NCBI GenBank assembly: GCA_965279375.1
Contig: OZ257156.1
Coordinates: 384,001 to 448,000, forward strand
Length of the DNA stretch: 64,000 nucleotides
Reading direction: 5' to 3'
Source: Gemmatimonas sp.
GTDB lineage: Bacteria; Gemmatimonadota; Gemmatimonadetes; Gemmatimonadales; Gemmatimonadaceae
The translations under genes were made by a program, and so were the position numbers. The stretch's first letter is position 1; every line of letters begins with the position of its first letter. Positions 18,199-28,600 of the stretch are shown one piece after another. The notes under the pieces were generated by a model. It was not told the origin of the DNA and ran no database searches. It was given only the letters and a program-made list of their open reading frames with translations.

Positions 18199-21100
18199 AT
18201 GAATTGGACGCGCCGACACGGCGACGCGCTGCCGCTTTGCGTTCTCGCCGCCGCGACATTCACGCTCGTCGCCGCATCGATCGCCGGCGCGCAAAGCCCC
18301 GCGCAGAACGACAGCGCCGTCAAGGCGGCAGCCCGCACGAGCGCGCTTCCGCTCATCACATCGCGCTCACTGACCTTCACCACCGACGAAGCATCGTGGG
18401 TGTCGCTCGATGTCTCGCCCGATGGCAAGACAATCGTGTTCGATGTGCTGGGCGATCTGTACACACTGCCCATCACCGGCGGGAAGGCAACGCGCATCAC
18501 CAGCGGCACCGGATGGGATCAGCAGCCGCGATATTCGCCTGACGGCGCGCAGATCACCTTCGTCAGCGATCGCAACGGCTCCAAGAATGTCTGGATCGCC
18601 AATGCTGATGGCAGCAAGGCCAAGGTGCTGACCAAGAGCGAACGGATCAACTACGCCTCGCCGATCTGGTCCGCCGATGGGCAGTACGTGATCGCGTCGC
18701 GTTCGGGGCAGCTGTGGCTGTACAACAAGGACGGTGGATCGGGTGCACAGCTCACGGGACTGCGCGCCGAGGGCGCGGCGGCGACAACAGGACCGGCGCC
18801 TTCGCACTATGGCGCCGCGCCGAGCGGTGACCCGCGCTATCTCTGGGTGAACGTGAGTGGCACCGTACCGCCGGTGCTGGCCTCTGGTTTTCACGAGGAG
18901 AACGCTACGTCGGCGCAGGAAGAAAACGACGAAGCCCAGGCGCGCAGCAATGCGCGGCGCGTCGGTCAGTATCAGATCGCGCAGTTCGATCGCGAGAGTG
19001 GTCGCACGCTCGTTCGGACGCACGAAGCCGATGGAGCCTTTCGTCCAGTGGCCAGCCCCGACGGCAAGTGGCTTGTGTACGCCACGCGCCATGATGCGCG
19101 CGAAGCACTCAAGCTGCGCGAGCTGGCTACGGGTGAAGAGCGCTGGCTCGTGATGGATGTGCAGCGTGACAACTCGCAGGGCGGCGGCATCAACGATCGC
19201 GATGTCTATCCGGCGTCCGCCTTCACGCCCGACTCGAAGGCGCTGATCACGAGCTTCAATGGCAAGCTGTGGCGCGTGGAAGTGCCCGCGGGCACCGTCA
19301 GCGCGATCCCGTTCACGGCCGACGTGGACCAGCGCATGGGGCCACTCGCCAAGTTCGAGTACCCGATCAACGATTCCACGCTCGTCGTCACGCAGATTCG
19401 TGGCGCCAAGCCATCGCCGGATGGTGCGCGACTCGCGTTCGTTGCACTCGATGCGCTGTACGTTGGTGAGCTGGTCGCGTCTGCACCCAATACGCCCGCT
19501 GGCACACGCACGGTGCGCAACCCGCGGCGGTTAACCAAGGGTGGCACGGTGGAGCATGCGCCGGTGTGGTCGCCCGACGGCCGCTACATCGCGTATGTCA
19601 CGTGGAGCGACACGGCCGGCGGCAACATCTATCGCGTACGTGCCGACGGCGCCGTGGCGGCAGAGCGTCTGACGCGCACCGCTGCGTACTTCGACAAGAT
19701 CGCCTACACCAAGGACGGCACGAAGCTCTTTGCCGTGCGCGGCTCGCGCTACAGCCGCATGCGCAACTTTGAAGATTTCGGCAATCTGAGTAACGCCGCC
19801 GAGTTGGAGTACGTGTGGCTACCGGCGGCGGGTGGCGAAACGACGCGGATCGCGTGGACCGGCGGCGGTCAGTCGCAGGAAGGGCGCAACGTGCCGCACG
19901 TGGGGCCGGACAGCACGCGACTGTACGTGTGGGCCGGCAGCGAAGGACTCGTGTCGATGCGCCTCGATGGTACCGATCGCAAGGTCGTGGTGCGCGTGGC
20001 CGGGCCACCGCAACCCGCACAACCACTGCCCGCGGGCGCAACTCCTCCTCCGCCACCGGTGCCGGATGAAGTCGTGCTCTCGCCAGACGGCAAGCGCGCG
20101 CTTGTCCATGCAGACAACAACGTCTATCTGATCACCGTGCCGCCCATCGTTGGACAGGCACAGGCGGTCTCGGTGACCGGCGGTTCGGTGGTGCCCACCA
20201 CGCGCCTCACCAAAGTGGGCGGTGACTTCATCGGCTGGTCCGCTGACAGCCGCAGCGCGTTCTACTCGATTGGGCGCAGCTACTTCCAGTACGATGTGCG
20301 TACAGCGGACATCGCCATTCGTGATTCCGTCGCTCGTGCGGACTCCATTGCCAACGCCGGTGGTGCTGCACCGGGTGCAGGCGCGGCTGCAGCCGCTTCT
20401 GCCGCCACACGCGACTCCACGAAAAAGGCGACGGTCGCGTACGAAGCACAGCGGCACGACGTCGAGATCACGGCCAGCAAGGACAAGCCGCGCGGCACGG
20501 TCGTGTTGCGTGGCGCGCGACTGGTGACCATGAAGGGCGACGAAGTCATCGAGAACGGCGAGATCGTCGTCACCGACAATCGCATCGTGGCCGTCGGTGC
20601 CAGTGGTTCCCTGTCCGTTCCTGCCAACGCGAAGATCATCGACGTGGCCGGCAAGTCGATCATTCCGGGCTACGTCGACATCCACGCGCACAACTGGTTC
20701 GGCTGGGGCGTGCATCGCGATCAGATCACACAGCTCCTCGCCAACCTCGCGTACGGCGTCACCACGCAACGCGATCCGCAAACGTCGGCCACCGACATTC
20801 TCACCTACACCGACCTGATGGAAACGGGCGCGCTGATTGGTCCGCGCTTGTACTCCACGGGCCCCGGCATCTTTGCGGCCGACAACATCAAGAGCCTCGA
20901 CGAAGCACGCGATGTCGTGCGTCGCTACGCCGATCACTACAACACCAAGACGATCAAGCAGTATCTCGCCGGCGATCGCAAAGTGCGGCAGTGGGTGATC
21001 ATGGCGGCGAAAGAGCTTGGCCTCACCACCACAACGGAAGGCGGCTCCAACCTCTCGATGAACCTGACCCTGATGCAGGATGGCTACCCAGGGTTGGAAC

Positions 21101-21741
21101 ACGCGATGCCGATCTTCCCGCTCATGAAGGACGTCGTGCAACTCGAGGCGGCCAGCGGCATCACCTACACGCCAACGCTCATCGTCGGCTACGGTGGCCC
21201 CACGGGGCTCAACTACTGGCTCACACACTACAACGTGGACACCGACGCCAAGCTCCGCCGCTTCACGCCCCACGAAGAACTCGACTCGTGGAAGACCACG
21301 CAGTTCTTCCGCGACGACCAGTACATCTTCAAGGGACACGCCGAACAGCTCGCCAAGATGGTGAACGCCGGCGGTCGCGTGGGACTCGGCTCGCATGGCG
21401 AGCTGCAGGGGCTCGGCGTGCACTGGGAGATCTGGATGATGCAGTCCGGCGGGCTCACGCCGCACCAGACGCTGCGCGCCGCCACGCTGCATGGCGCCGA
21501 CGCCGTGGGACTCGGCCGTGACCTCGGCTCACTCGAAGTCGGCAAGCTCGCTGACCTGCAGGTGCTGGAGCAGAATCCGCTCACCGACATTCACAACACC
21601 AACACCATCCGCTTCGTAATGAAGAATGGTCGCCTCTACAATGGCGACACCCTCGACGAAGTCTGGCCGCGCACCAAGGCGCTCGCACCGCAGTGGTGGT
21701 GGAAGGAAGATCCATCCTCCAACTCGAACAGGAACCGATGA
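18199..21741 (+). CDS. Secreted amidohydrolase with N-terminal PD40/TolB-like beta-propeller repeats
   Basis: SLDVSPDGKTIVFDVLGDLY and repeated P..SPDG; amidohydrolase IIPGYVDIHAH, GSHGELQG, LGSLEVGKLADL. Confidence 0.9.
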   Translation: MNWTRRHGDALPLCVLAAATFTLVAASIAGAQSPAQNDSAVKAAARTSALPLITSRSLTFTTDEASWVSLDVSPDGKTIVFDVLGDLYTLPITGGKATRITSGTGWDQQPRYSPDGAQITFVSDRNGSKNVWIANADGSKAKVLTKSERINYASPIWSADGQYVIASRSGQLWLYNKDGGSGAQLTGLRAEGAAATTGPAPSHYGAAPSGDPRYLWVNVSGTVPPVLASGFHEENATSAQEENDEAQARSNARRVGQYQIAQFDRESGRTLVRTHEADGAFRPVASPDGKWLVYATRHDAREALKLRELATGEERWLVMDVQRDNSQGGGINDRDVYPASAFTPDSKALITSFNGKLWRVEVPAGTVSAIPFTADVDQRMGPLAKFEYPINDSTLVVTQIRGAKPSPDGARLAFVALDALYVGELVASAPNTPAGTRTVRNPRRLTKGGTVEHAPVWSPDGRYIAYVTWSDTAGGNIYRVRADGAVAAERLTRTAAYFDKIAYTKDGTKLFAVRGSRYSRMRNFEDFGNLSNAAELEYVWLPAAGGETTRIAWTGGGQSQEGRNVPHVGPDSTRLYVWAGSEGLVSMRLDGTDRKVVVRVAGPPQPAQPLPAGATPPPPPVPDEVVLSPDGKRALVHADNNVYLITVPPIVGQAQAVSVTGGSVVPTTRLTKVGGDFIGWSADSRSAFYSIGRSYFQYDVRTADIAIRDSVARADSIANAGGAAPGAGAAAAASAATRDSTKKATVAYEAQRHDVEITASKDKPRGTVVLRGARLVTMKGDEVIENGEIVVTDNRIVAVGASGSLSVPANAKIIDVAGKSIIPGYVDIHAHNWFGWGVHRDQITQLLANLAYGVTTQRDPQTSATDILTYTDLMETGALIGPRLYSTGPGIFAADNIKSLDEARDVVRRYADHYNTKTIKQYLAGDRKVRQWVIMAAKELGLTTTTEGGSNLSMNLTLMQDGYPGLEHAMPIFPLMKDVVQLEAASGITYTPTLIVGYGGPTGLNYWLTHYNVDTDAKLRRFTPHEELDSWKTTQFFRDDQYIFKGHAEQLAKMVNAGGRVGLGSHGELQGLGVHWEIWMMQSGGLTPHQTLRAATLHGADAVGLGRDLGSLEVGKLADLQVLEQNPLTDIHNTNTIRFVMKNGRLYNGDTLDEVWPRTKALAPQWWWKEDPSSNSNRNR

Positions 21742-23102
21742 GCACTCGTTCACGTCGTCCGGTCCGTGCCGTCGTCGCATTCGTTGCGACGACCGTGGCA
21801 TGGACCGCCGTTTCGGCGCAGCGCGCCCCCGCCGCCGACATCGATCCGCGCATCCAGAAGCTGGTCGCCGCAGTGTCCGAAGCGCACCTGCGTGAGCTTG
21901 ACACCAAGCTGGTCTCGTTCGGCACGCGCAACACACTCTCAGATGCGACGTCCACCTCGCGTGGCATCGGCGCGGCACGCCAGTGGATCTTCGATGAGCT
22001 CAAGCGCTCGAGCTCCAAACTGCAGGTCTCCTTCGACACGCATCAGATCGCGCAGCAGGGGCGAATCACGCGCGACGTGGAACTGCGCAACGTCATGGCC
22101 GTGCTTCCCGGCAAGTCGTCACGGCGCATCTACATCTCGGGGCATTACGATAGCGTGAACCCGGGCGGACAAGGCGCCAACAGCCAGGGCGGACCGGCGG
22201 TTCGTGACTCGCTGTACGTCAACGACGCGCCCGGCGCCAACGACGACGGCAGCGGTACGGTGCTCACGATGGAGCTCGCACGCATCTTTGCCGAAAGCGG
22301 CATCGAGTTCGACGCCACACTCGTCTTCATCTGCTGGGCCGGCGAGGAGCAGGGGCTCATCGGCTCGATGGCGCATGCGCAGAAGGCAGCCGCTGACAAG
22401 GTCGTGATCGACGCCAACTTCAACAACGACATCGTTGGCAACAGCACCGGCGGCAACGGCCAGGTGGATGGCAAGAGCGTGCGCATCTATTCGCTTGGCC
22501 CCGAAGACAGCATGTCGCGCTCACTGGCCCGCTACGTGGAGCGCGTGGCCGCGAAGTATGTGCCGTCGCATCGTATTCGCCTGATGGCGCGCGAGGATCG
22601 CTTCGGACGTGGCAGCGATCACTCGTCGATGACCGCCAACGAATTCCCAGCCATCGTTTTCCGCGAAGCCAACGAGAACTTCTCGCGCCAACACTCAGCC
22701 AACGACAAGCTCGAAGGCGTGGACTTCCGGTATCTCGCGCAGAACGCGCGCGTGAATGCGGCCAGCGCGGCGTCGCTGGCGCTGGCACCGGCCGCGCCGC
22801 GCGTCATGAGCGACCGCGGCGTCGTGCGGCTGGGTCGTACACCGTCTGGCTACGACGCGAATCTGCAGTGGGACGCCGTTCCGGGCGCGGTTGGGTATCG
22901 CCTGTACTGGCGCGACACGTGGAGCAACAGCTGGGAGCACTCGCAGACCATCGGCGCCGTGACGCAGTACGTCTTTGACGGACTCTCCATCGACGATTGG
23001 GTCTTTGGCGTCGCGGCGATCGGCGCCGACGGCCACGAAAGCCTCGTCAGCGCCTACGTCTCGCAGGTGCGCAAGATGACCGAGATCAAGCTCAAGAAGT
23101 AG
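21738..23102 (+). CDS. M28-family metallopeptidase with C-terminal FN3-like domain
   Basis: SGHYDS, PGANDDGSG, GEEQGLIGS, NNDIVG, GSDH, QHSAND. ATGA overlap with the amidohydrolase stop. Confidence 0.9.
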   Translation: MSTRSRRPVRAVVAFVATTVAWTAVSAQRAPAADIDPRIQKLVAAVSEAHLRELDTKLVSFGTRNTLSDATSTSRGIGAARQWIFDELKRSSSKLQVSFDTHQIAQQGRITRDVELRNVMAVLPGKSSRRIYISGHYDSVNPGGQGANSQGGPAVRDSLYVNDAPGANDDGSGTVLTMELARIFAESGIEFDATLVFICWAGEEQGLIGSMAHAQKAAADKVVIDANFNNDIVGNSTGGNGQVDGKSVRIYSLGPEDSMSRSLARYVERVAAKYVPSHRIRLMAREDRFGRGSDHSSMTANEFPAIVFREANENFSRQHSANDKLEGVDFRYLAQNARVNAASAASLALAPAAPRVMSDRGVVRLGRTPSGYDANLQWDAVPGAVGYRLYWRDTWSNSWEHSQTIGAVTQYVFDGLSIDDWVFGVAAIGADGHESLVSAYVSQVRKMTEIKLKK

Positions 23103-23109
23103 CGCGGTC

Positions 23110-23147
23110 GATCGCTCCGCGCTGCAGAACGTCAGCGCGGAGCGGTC
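23110..23147. terminator. Hairpin between convergent genes, overlapping the stop of the 23132 gene
   Basis: cgctccgcgctg (23113-23124) / cagcgcggagcg (23133-23144), a 12-bp perfect stem. No U-tract. Confidence 0.55.
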
Positions 23148-23731
23148 AGCGCTTGTTCGAGATTCTTTCGCAGGGAGCCGTGATTGCCGAACTCCCCGGC
23201 GCCGCCGTACATGACGTCCTCAATGACATCGAACGGCTTCTTCTTTCCGTTCTGCTTCTTGCCGATCAGCACCGTGTCGGTCCAGCTATAGCTGTCACCG
23301 TTGGTGATGTGGGTGAAAGCCACGATCGTCTTGTGCTGTCGCGCCGCGACGGTGTCGCGCACGAGCGCGAACTTGGTGGGCCCTTCGAAGAGACTCGAAT
23401 ACAGATCGCCCTCCGCAAAGGGGGGCTTTTCGTTGGGCGCCCGCGCCGCTTCGCGATCGCGCAGCGCACTCGCCGCACGTAAGAGCGCGGTCAGCGTATC
23501 GGACAACAGCGGCGCAAACTGCTGCAGCTCCGCCGCAGTCGGCGCACCAGTAGTGCGCGACGCCACGCGCCACGAGTAGAACGCCACCACGACAGGCGAT
23601 GGTGGTTCCGGACCGTCGTGCTTGCAAGCGCCCAACGGTAGCAGTAGCAGCGCACAAACCATTCGCGTCACTCGATCCGTCCAACGACGGTGCGGACGCA
23701 CGTTCGCAGTCCGCACCTGCTGCCACATCAT
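23132..23731 (-). CDS. Putative lipoprotein, YbjP/DUF3828-like
   Basis: Lipobox LGAC; LLSDTLTALL, GDLYSSLFEGP, WTDTVLI, VIEDVMY, GSLR resemble YbjP. Start uncertain (23767, 23731 or 23662). Confidence 0.6.
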   Translation of the reverse strand: MMWQQVRTANVRPHRRWTDRVTRMVCALLLLPLGACKHDGPEPPSPVVVAFYSWRVASRTTGAPTAAELQQFAPLLSDTLTALLRAASALRDREAARAPNEKPPFAEGDLYSSLFEGPTKFALVRDTVAARQHKTIVAFTHITNGDSYSWTDTVLIGKKQNGKKKPFDVIEDVMYGGAGEFGNHGSLRKNLEQALTAPR

Positions 23732-23776
23732 CGTTTCGTTTTGCAACGCGTCGCTGCCTGGTGCCACGAATATCCT

Positions 23777-24100
23777 CTAGCCGGGGTCGAGTATCGATAA
23801 TTCACCGTCGCGCGACGGATCGCCACTGTCCCAGTACCAGACCGTGACCACACCATCGCTGTGGTCTGCGGAATGCGAAATGCTGATCACCCTGTCCGGG
23901 CCCACGCTCGTCGCGAACGCCGCCGCCTGCGAGAACAGCGACTCCCACGACGACAGGATGCCGCGGAACGTGCGGAACGCTGCGAATGTGCTCGGCGCCG
24001 AGTCGATCACACCCGTCGCGCCCGGTACGGTCTCGTTGCAATTCCAGCAGCGATCGAAGCCGTCATCAATGTCACTGCCGCAGCGGCTGCAGCGATACAT
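23777..24100 (-). CDS. Small zinc-ribbon protein (CxxC-x10-CxxC)
   Basis: MYRCSRCG..FDRCWNC; SD GGAGG upstream of ATG 24100. Confidence 0.65.
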   Translation of the reverse strand: MYRCSRCGSDIDDGFDRCWNCNETVPGATGVIDSAPSTFAAFRTFRGILSSWESLFSQAAAFATSVGPDRVISISHSADHSDGVVTVWYWDSGDPSRDGELSILDPG

Positions 24101-24247
24101 AGGCCCTCCAGAGGTTGGGAGAATCTCTCGTTCACCTGCATCGTACGGAGCGGTGTTCCCGCAAGCGTCAGGTGTTCCCCGCCGTGGCCGTCGGCGAAAC
24201 GATGGTCCATCGTGGCGTGGATCGGTACGACACCACAACCTACTGAC

Positions 24248-25093
24248 ATGAATACCGTAAGACGCTCGTCAAAGCTCCCCTCTGTGCTCATCGCCGGCGT
24301 GTGGGTGAGCGCGGCGGTCCTCGCTGTCGCTGGCGTCGGGCTCCTGGCAGACCATCGCACTATCTCTGGCGCGCCCGCGTGGCTCAAGCCCGCAAAGTTC
24401 GGCGCGTCCGCGCTCGTCTATACGCTTTCGCTGGCGTTCATGACGCGCGACCTGCCCCCCACGCGATGGCTGCGCTTCGCTTGGTGGGCCACCACCCTCA
24501 TGCTGGCCGGTGAGCTCGCCGCGATCTGCATGCAGGCAGCACGCGGCACCACGAGTCACTTCAACATCGACAGCCCATTCGACGTCGCCATCTACTCCTC
24601 CATGGGCGTCGGAATTGCCACGGCGTGGCTCGCCTCAGCGATCATCCTCTGGCAGCACCTGCGCTTCCCAGCACCGGATCGCGCGCTGGCGCTCGCCCTC
24701 CGACTCGGTCTTGCCCTCAACATTCTCGGCGCGGGCATCGGCTGGACGATGACGCGCCCCTTCCCCGGGCAGGTCGAGGCGATCTCACGCGGCGAGCGTC
24801 CACGCGTGGCCGGCCGACACACCGTTGGCGCACCCGATGGCGGTGCTGGACTGCCCGTGACGCGCTGGAGCACGACGCACGGCGATCTGCGCGTGCCTCA
24901 CTTTATCGGCATGCACGCGCTGCAACTGCTTCCACTATTGGTGTTGCTCATGCGCCGCGTCCGCTCGACGCAGAATGAGGCGACAGCACGTATCGTGCTG
25001 TATGGTGCCACCGCCGCCTATGTCGCGCTCGTCGCGCTGACCTTGCAACGCGCGCTCGCCGACATTCCGCTCATCGCCGCCACGGGAAGTTGA
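24248..25093 (+). CDS. Multi-pass membrane protein of unknown function
   Basis: Several TM helices; WLKPAKF, QAARGTTSHFN, GDLRVPHFIGMHALQ. Abuts the ABA4-like gene. Confidence 0.75.
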   Translation: MNTVRRSSKLPSVLIAGVWVSAAVLAVAGVGLLADHRTISGAPAWLKPAKFGASALVYTLSLAFMTRDLPPTRWLRFAWWATTLMLAGELAAICMQAARGTTSHFNIDSPFDVAIYSSMGVGIATAWLASAIILWQHLRFPAPDRALALALRLGLALNILGAGIGWTMTRPFPGQVEAISRGERPRVAGRHTVGAPDGGAGLPVTRWSTTHGDLRVPHFIGMHALQLLPLLVLLMRRVRSTQNEATARIVLYGATAAYVALVALTLQRALADIPLIAATGS

Positions 25094-25095
25094 TC

Positions 25096-25518
25096 ATGTC
25101 AGATGCGCAGCTGTTTCAGATCGCCAACACAACGGCGCTCGTCAGTTGGATCGCCCTCGCGCTACAGCCCAGACGCGTCGTGCGCCTGTTGCAGCTGCTG
25201 GTGCCGGGGGCCTTCGCCGTGCTCTACATCTGGCTCATCGCCACGTCGCTCCCGGGCGCAGAGGGAGGCTTCGACTCGCTCGCGCATGTGAAGCAGCTCT
25301 TCACATCGGATCGCGCCGTCCTCGCGGGATGGGTGCACTATCTCGCGTTCGATCTCTTCATCGGATGCTGGGAAGTGCTGGATGCCCAGGAGCGCCGAAT
25401 ACATCATCTGTTGGTCGTGCCGTGCCTGTTCCTGACATTCATGTTCGGGCCGGCGGGACTGCTTCTGTACCTAACGCTCCGCAGCATCAAGGGACGTACT
25501 GTCGCCTCCGTCGCCTAA
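25096..25518 (+). CDS. ABA4-like (DUF4281) membrane protein
   Basis: GGFDSLAHVKQLF, LAGWVHYLAFDLFIG, VPCLFLTFMFGPAGLLLY are signature motifs. Start 25096 (ATG) or 25090 (TTG). Confidence 0.88.
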   Translation: MSDAQLFQIANTTALVSWIALALQPRRVVRLLQLLVPGAFAVLYIWLIATSLPGAEGGFDSLAHVKQLFTSDRAVLAGWVHYLAFDLFIGCWEVLDAQERRIHHLLVVPCLFLTFMFGPAGLLLYLTLRSIKGRTVASVA

Positions 25519-25578
25519 CCGTGTTGGATCGCCGCGCGCCGGGATCGCCATAGGCGCGGTACGCTCGTGAAAAACAAG

Positions 25579-25609
25579 CGGGCCCGGATCTCTCGCAGAT
25601 CCGGGCCCG
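25579..25609. terminator. Probable bidirectional intrinsic terminator
   Basis: 13-bp stem cgggcccggatct / agatccgggcccg, with an A-run on the left and a short T-run on the right, between convergent genes. Confidence 0.8.
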
Positions 25610-25632
25610 TCGTTTCGTACAGCAACCGCTGA

Positions 25633-28600
25633 TTAGTGCTTCTGCTTCACCGCACCGCGATCGTCGTCATCGCCACTAGCCGGCCCAAACGGGAAGCCAG
25701 ACTCACCCGCGCCCATGTTCTCGACGCGCAGCTTGGTCTTCATCGTCGTGCCGTTGACCGTCAGAACGACGCTGTAGTCGCCCGTGTTGGCCGACTGCGG
25801 ACGTCCGCCGCCGAAACCGCCGAAGCCGCCGCGACCACCCGGCGCCGCCGGAACAGGCAGGCCGATCAGCGCGAAGATCTTCCCGATCAGCGCCTGCTGC
25901 GCGGGCGTGGTCTGCGCGGGGGCACCCGGAGGACCACCTGCACCCGGAGGGCCACCTGCGCCACGACCACCGGCCGACTCCGCCGGACGCGCGCAGAACG
26001 GCTCCCACTGCGTCAACGGACGCTCGCAGGCGCCCTGACCACCGCGACCGCCACCACCACCGCCGCCACGTCCCGCCAACGCCGGGTTAAACGCGGGGAT
26101 CGGCGTCAGCAAGCGCTTCGCAGCCGCAATCGCCGAGCTGTCGAACTTCGCCTTCGTCAGCGAGTCGAGCACGACCGGCGCACGCACCGTGCGCAGGATG
26201 CTGTCTCGCTTCTCGCTTGGGCTGAGCGCCGCACGCGGCTGAGGACGCGGCGTGATGCCGTACGCCCAGTTCACCGTGTGCAAACCGGCCGTACCCGGGC
26301 CCGTGAGCGTCTGCACCGTGTCACCCGACGCATCGACAATGCTGATGCGCGCCGGCTGACCACCCGCACCCGTCACGCGATACGAGATGGTGGCACCGTA
26401 CGTCGGATTCTGCGTCGCGAAGAACGCCTGACCGTTGCCGTTGCCGGCCGCGCCGCCCGTCGGCGCCTCACCCCACATGAAGGCAGGCTTGGGATCGAAC
26501 AGGTGCGCGTTCTTGGCCACCACCGTCTTGCTCATTTGCTCGAGCGGCGCGATGTCCACGATCCAGAAGCTCCGACCATGCGTCGCGGCAATCAGCTCGT
26601 GGTCACGCGGATGGATCTGCAGATCGTACACCGGCACGCTCGGGAAATTCGCCGCGAACTTGCTCCACGTCGCGCCACGATCGATCGACACATACGCGCT
26701 GATCGACGTACCCACGAACAGCAGATCGCGGTTCCACGGATCTTCACGCAGCACGTGCACGTGATCGCCCGGGCCGTCGGTCGGCAGGTTGTTCGCAATC
26801 GACTTGAACGACTTGCCACCGTCGTTGGTCACGTAAACGTACGGCTTGAAGTCGTTCCAGCGATGGTTGTCGAAGGTGACATAGAACGTTTCCGTGTCGA
26901 ACTTCGACGCTTCGATGCGCGACACCACCACTTCGCCACCGTTCGGCAGACCGGGGATGCGCGCCGATACGTTCTCCCACGTCGCGCCATCGTTCACCGA
27001 CTTCCACACGTTGCCGTCATCGGTGCCAGCAAACAGCAAACCCTGCTTGGCCGGGCTCTCTTCCATCGCCACCACCGTGCCATACGTCTCGGCGCCGGTC
27101 GCATCGAGCGTGATGCCACCCGTCAGACGCAGCGACGTATCGATCTTGGCCGTCAGCAGCTTGGAGAGGTCGGGCGAGATGAGTGAGAAATCTTCACCGC
27201 GCTTGCTCGACTTGAGCACGCGGTTGCCCGCGAAGTAGATCACCGCCGGATTGTGCGGCGAGATGAAGAACGGCGAGTTCCAGTTGAAGCGCAGCGCGAG
27301 ATCGACCGAGTCCTTCTTCTGCTGCACGCGCAGCGCGGCAATGGCCGCATTCTGCGCCTTCGTCGCCGGTACCAGCGGATCGCCACGGACGATCGCGATG
27401 GAGTCTTCCCACGCGCGGTACTGGGTCGGCCAGTTCGGCTTGGAGAACGCGAGACGCTCGCCCGTCTTGAGATTCAAGCGCGTGGCGTTGCCGCCCTGCG
27501 ACTCGCCGTACACGATCGTTGGGTCCGTCGGATCCTGCGCCGTGTAGAAGCCGTCGCCGCCAGCGATGGTGAACCAGTACCCGAGCGTCGTCGTACCAGC
27601 GCGACGCTTGCTCGGGCCACACCACGAGCCGTTGTCCTGCGCGCCGCCGCAGATGTTGTACGGCACCGCCATGTCGTAGCTGACTTCGTAGAACTGTCCG
27701 ATGGGCAGGTTCTGCATCTGATTGAAGTTGCCGCCCTTGTCGAAGGTGAACGCAATGCCACCGTCGTTGGCGAGCACCCAGCGCTCCGGATCATTCGGAT
27801 CGATCCAGATGCCGTGGTCGTCCACGTGCACGTTCTGCGCAGCGTTCTTGGCGGTCTTGCCACCGTCGTCCGAGACCTGCAGCTCGGTGCTCGAGTAGTA
27901 CACGCGATCCGGGTTCTTCGGGTCGCTGCGCACCTGCGAGTAGTAGAACGGGCGCACGTTGGTGTTGTTCATCTGCGTCCACGTCGCACCGCCATCCGTC
28001 GACCGCCACAAGCCGTTGTCCTTCGGCGCGCGCTCGGGCGTGTAGCTGCCGTCGGCACTCGGCGCGGCCGCTTCGATCATCGCGTAGATGACATTCGGGT
28101 TGCTGCGGTTGATGTCGAGCCCGATACGTCCCTTGGCGCCGGCGGGGAAACCACCGCCCTTCACCTCGGTCCACGTCGTACCGCCATCGGTCGTCTTCCA
28201 CAGGGCCGAGCCCGGTCCGCCGCTCTTGAGTGAGTACGGCGTGCGATAGCGCTCCCAGCTGGCCGCGAACAGGATGTTCGGATCCTTCAGGTTGATCGCG
28301 ACGTCGACGAAGCCCGCCTTGTTGCTGACGAACTTGGACATCTGCCACGTGTTGCCACCGTCGGTGGACTTGTACAGGCCACGCTCCGGGTTGGACGCCC
28401 ACGCTGCACCCAACGCCGCCACGTACAGGACGTTCGGGTTGGTGGGATGCACCACGATGCGACCGATGTGCTGCGTCTTCTCGAGACCCTTGAGGGTCCA
28501 GGTCAGGCCGCCGTCGGTGGACTTGTAAATGCCGCCACCCGCTTCGATCGAGTTGCGCGAATTGGGCTCGCCGGTGCCGGCCCACACCTGCTGCGTGTCG

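Noticed and set aside
25800..26080. Repetitive ccgccg/ccacc tracts as a DNA repeat array
   Set aside because: They encode the Gly/Pro-rich low-complexity C-terminus of the VPS10 protein.
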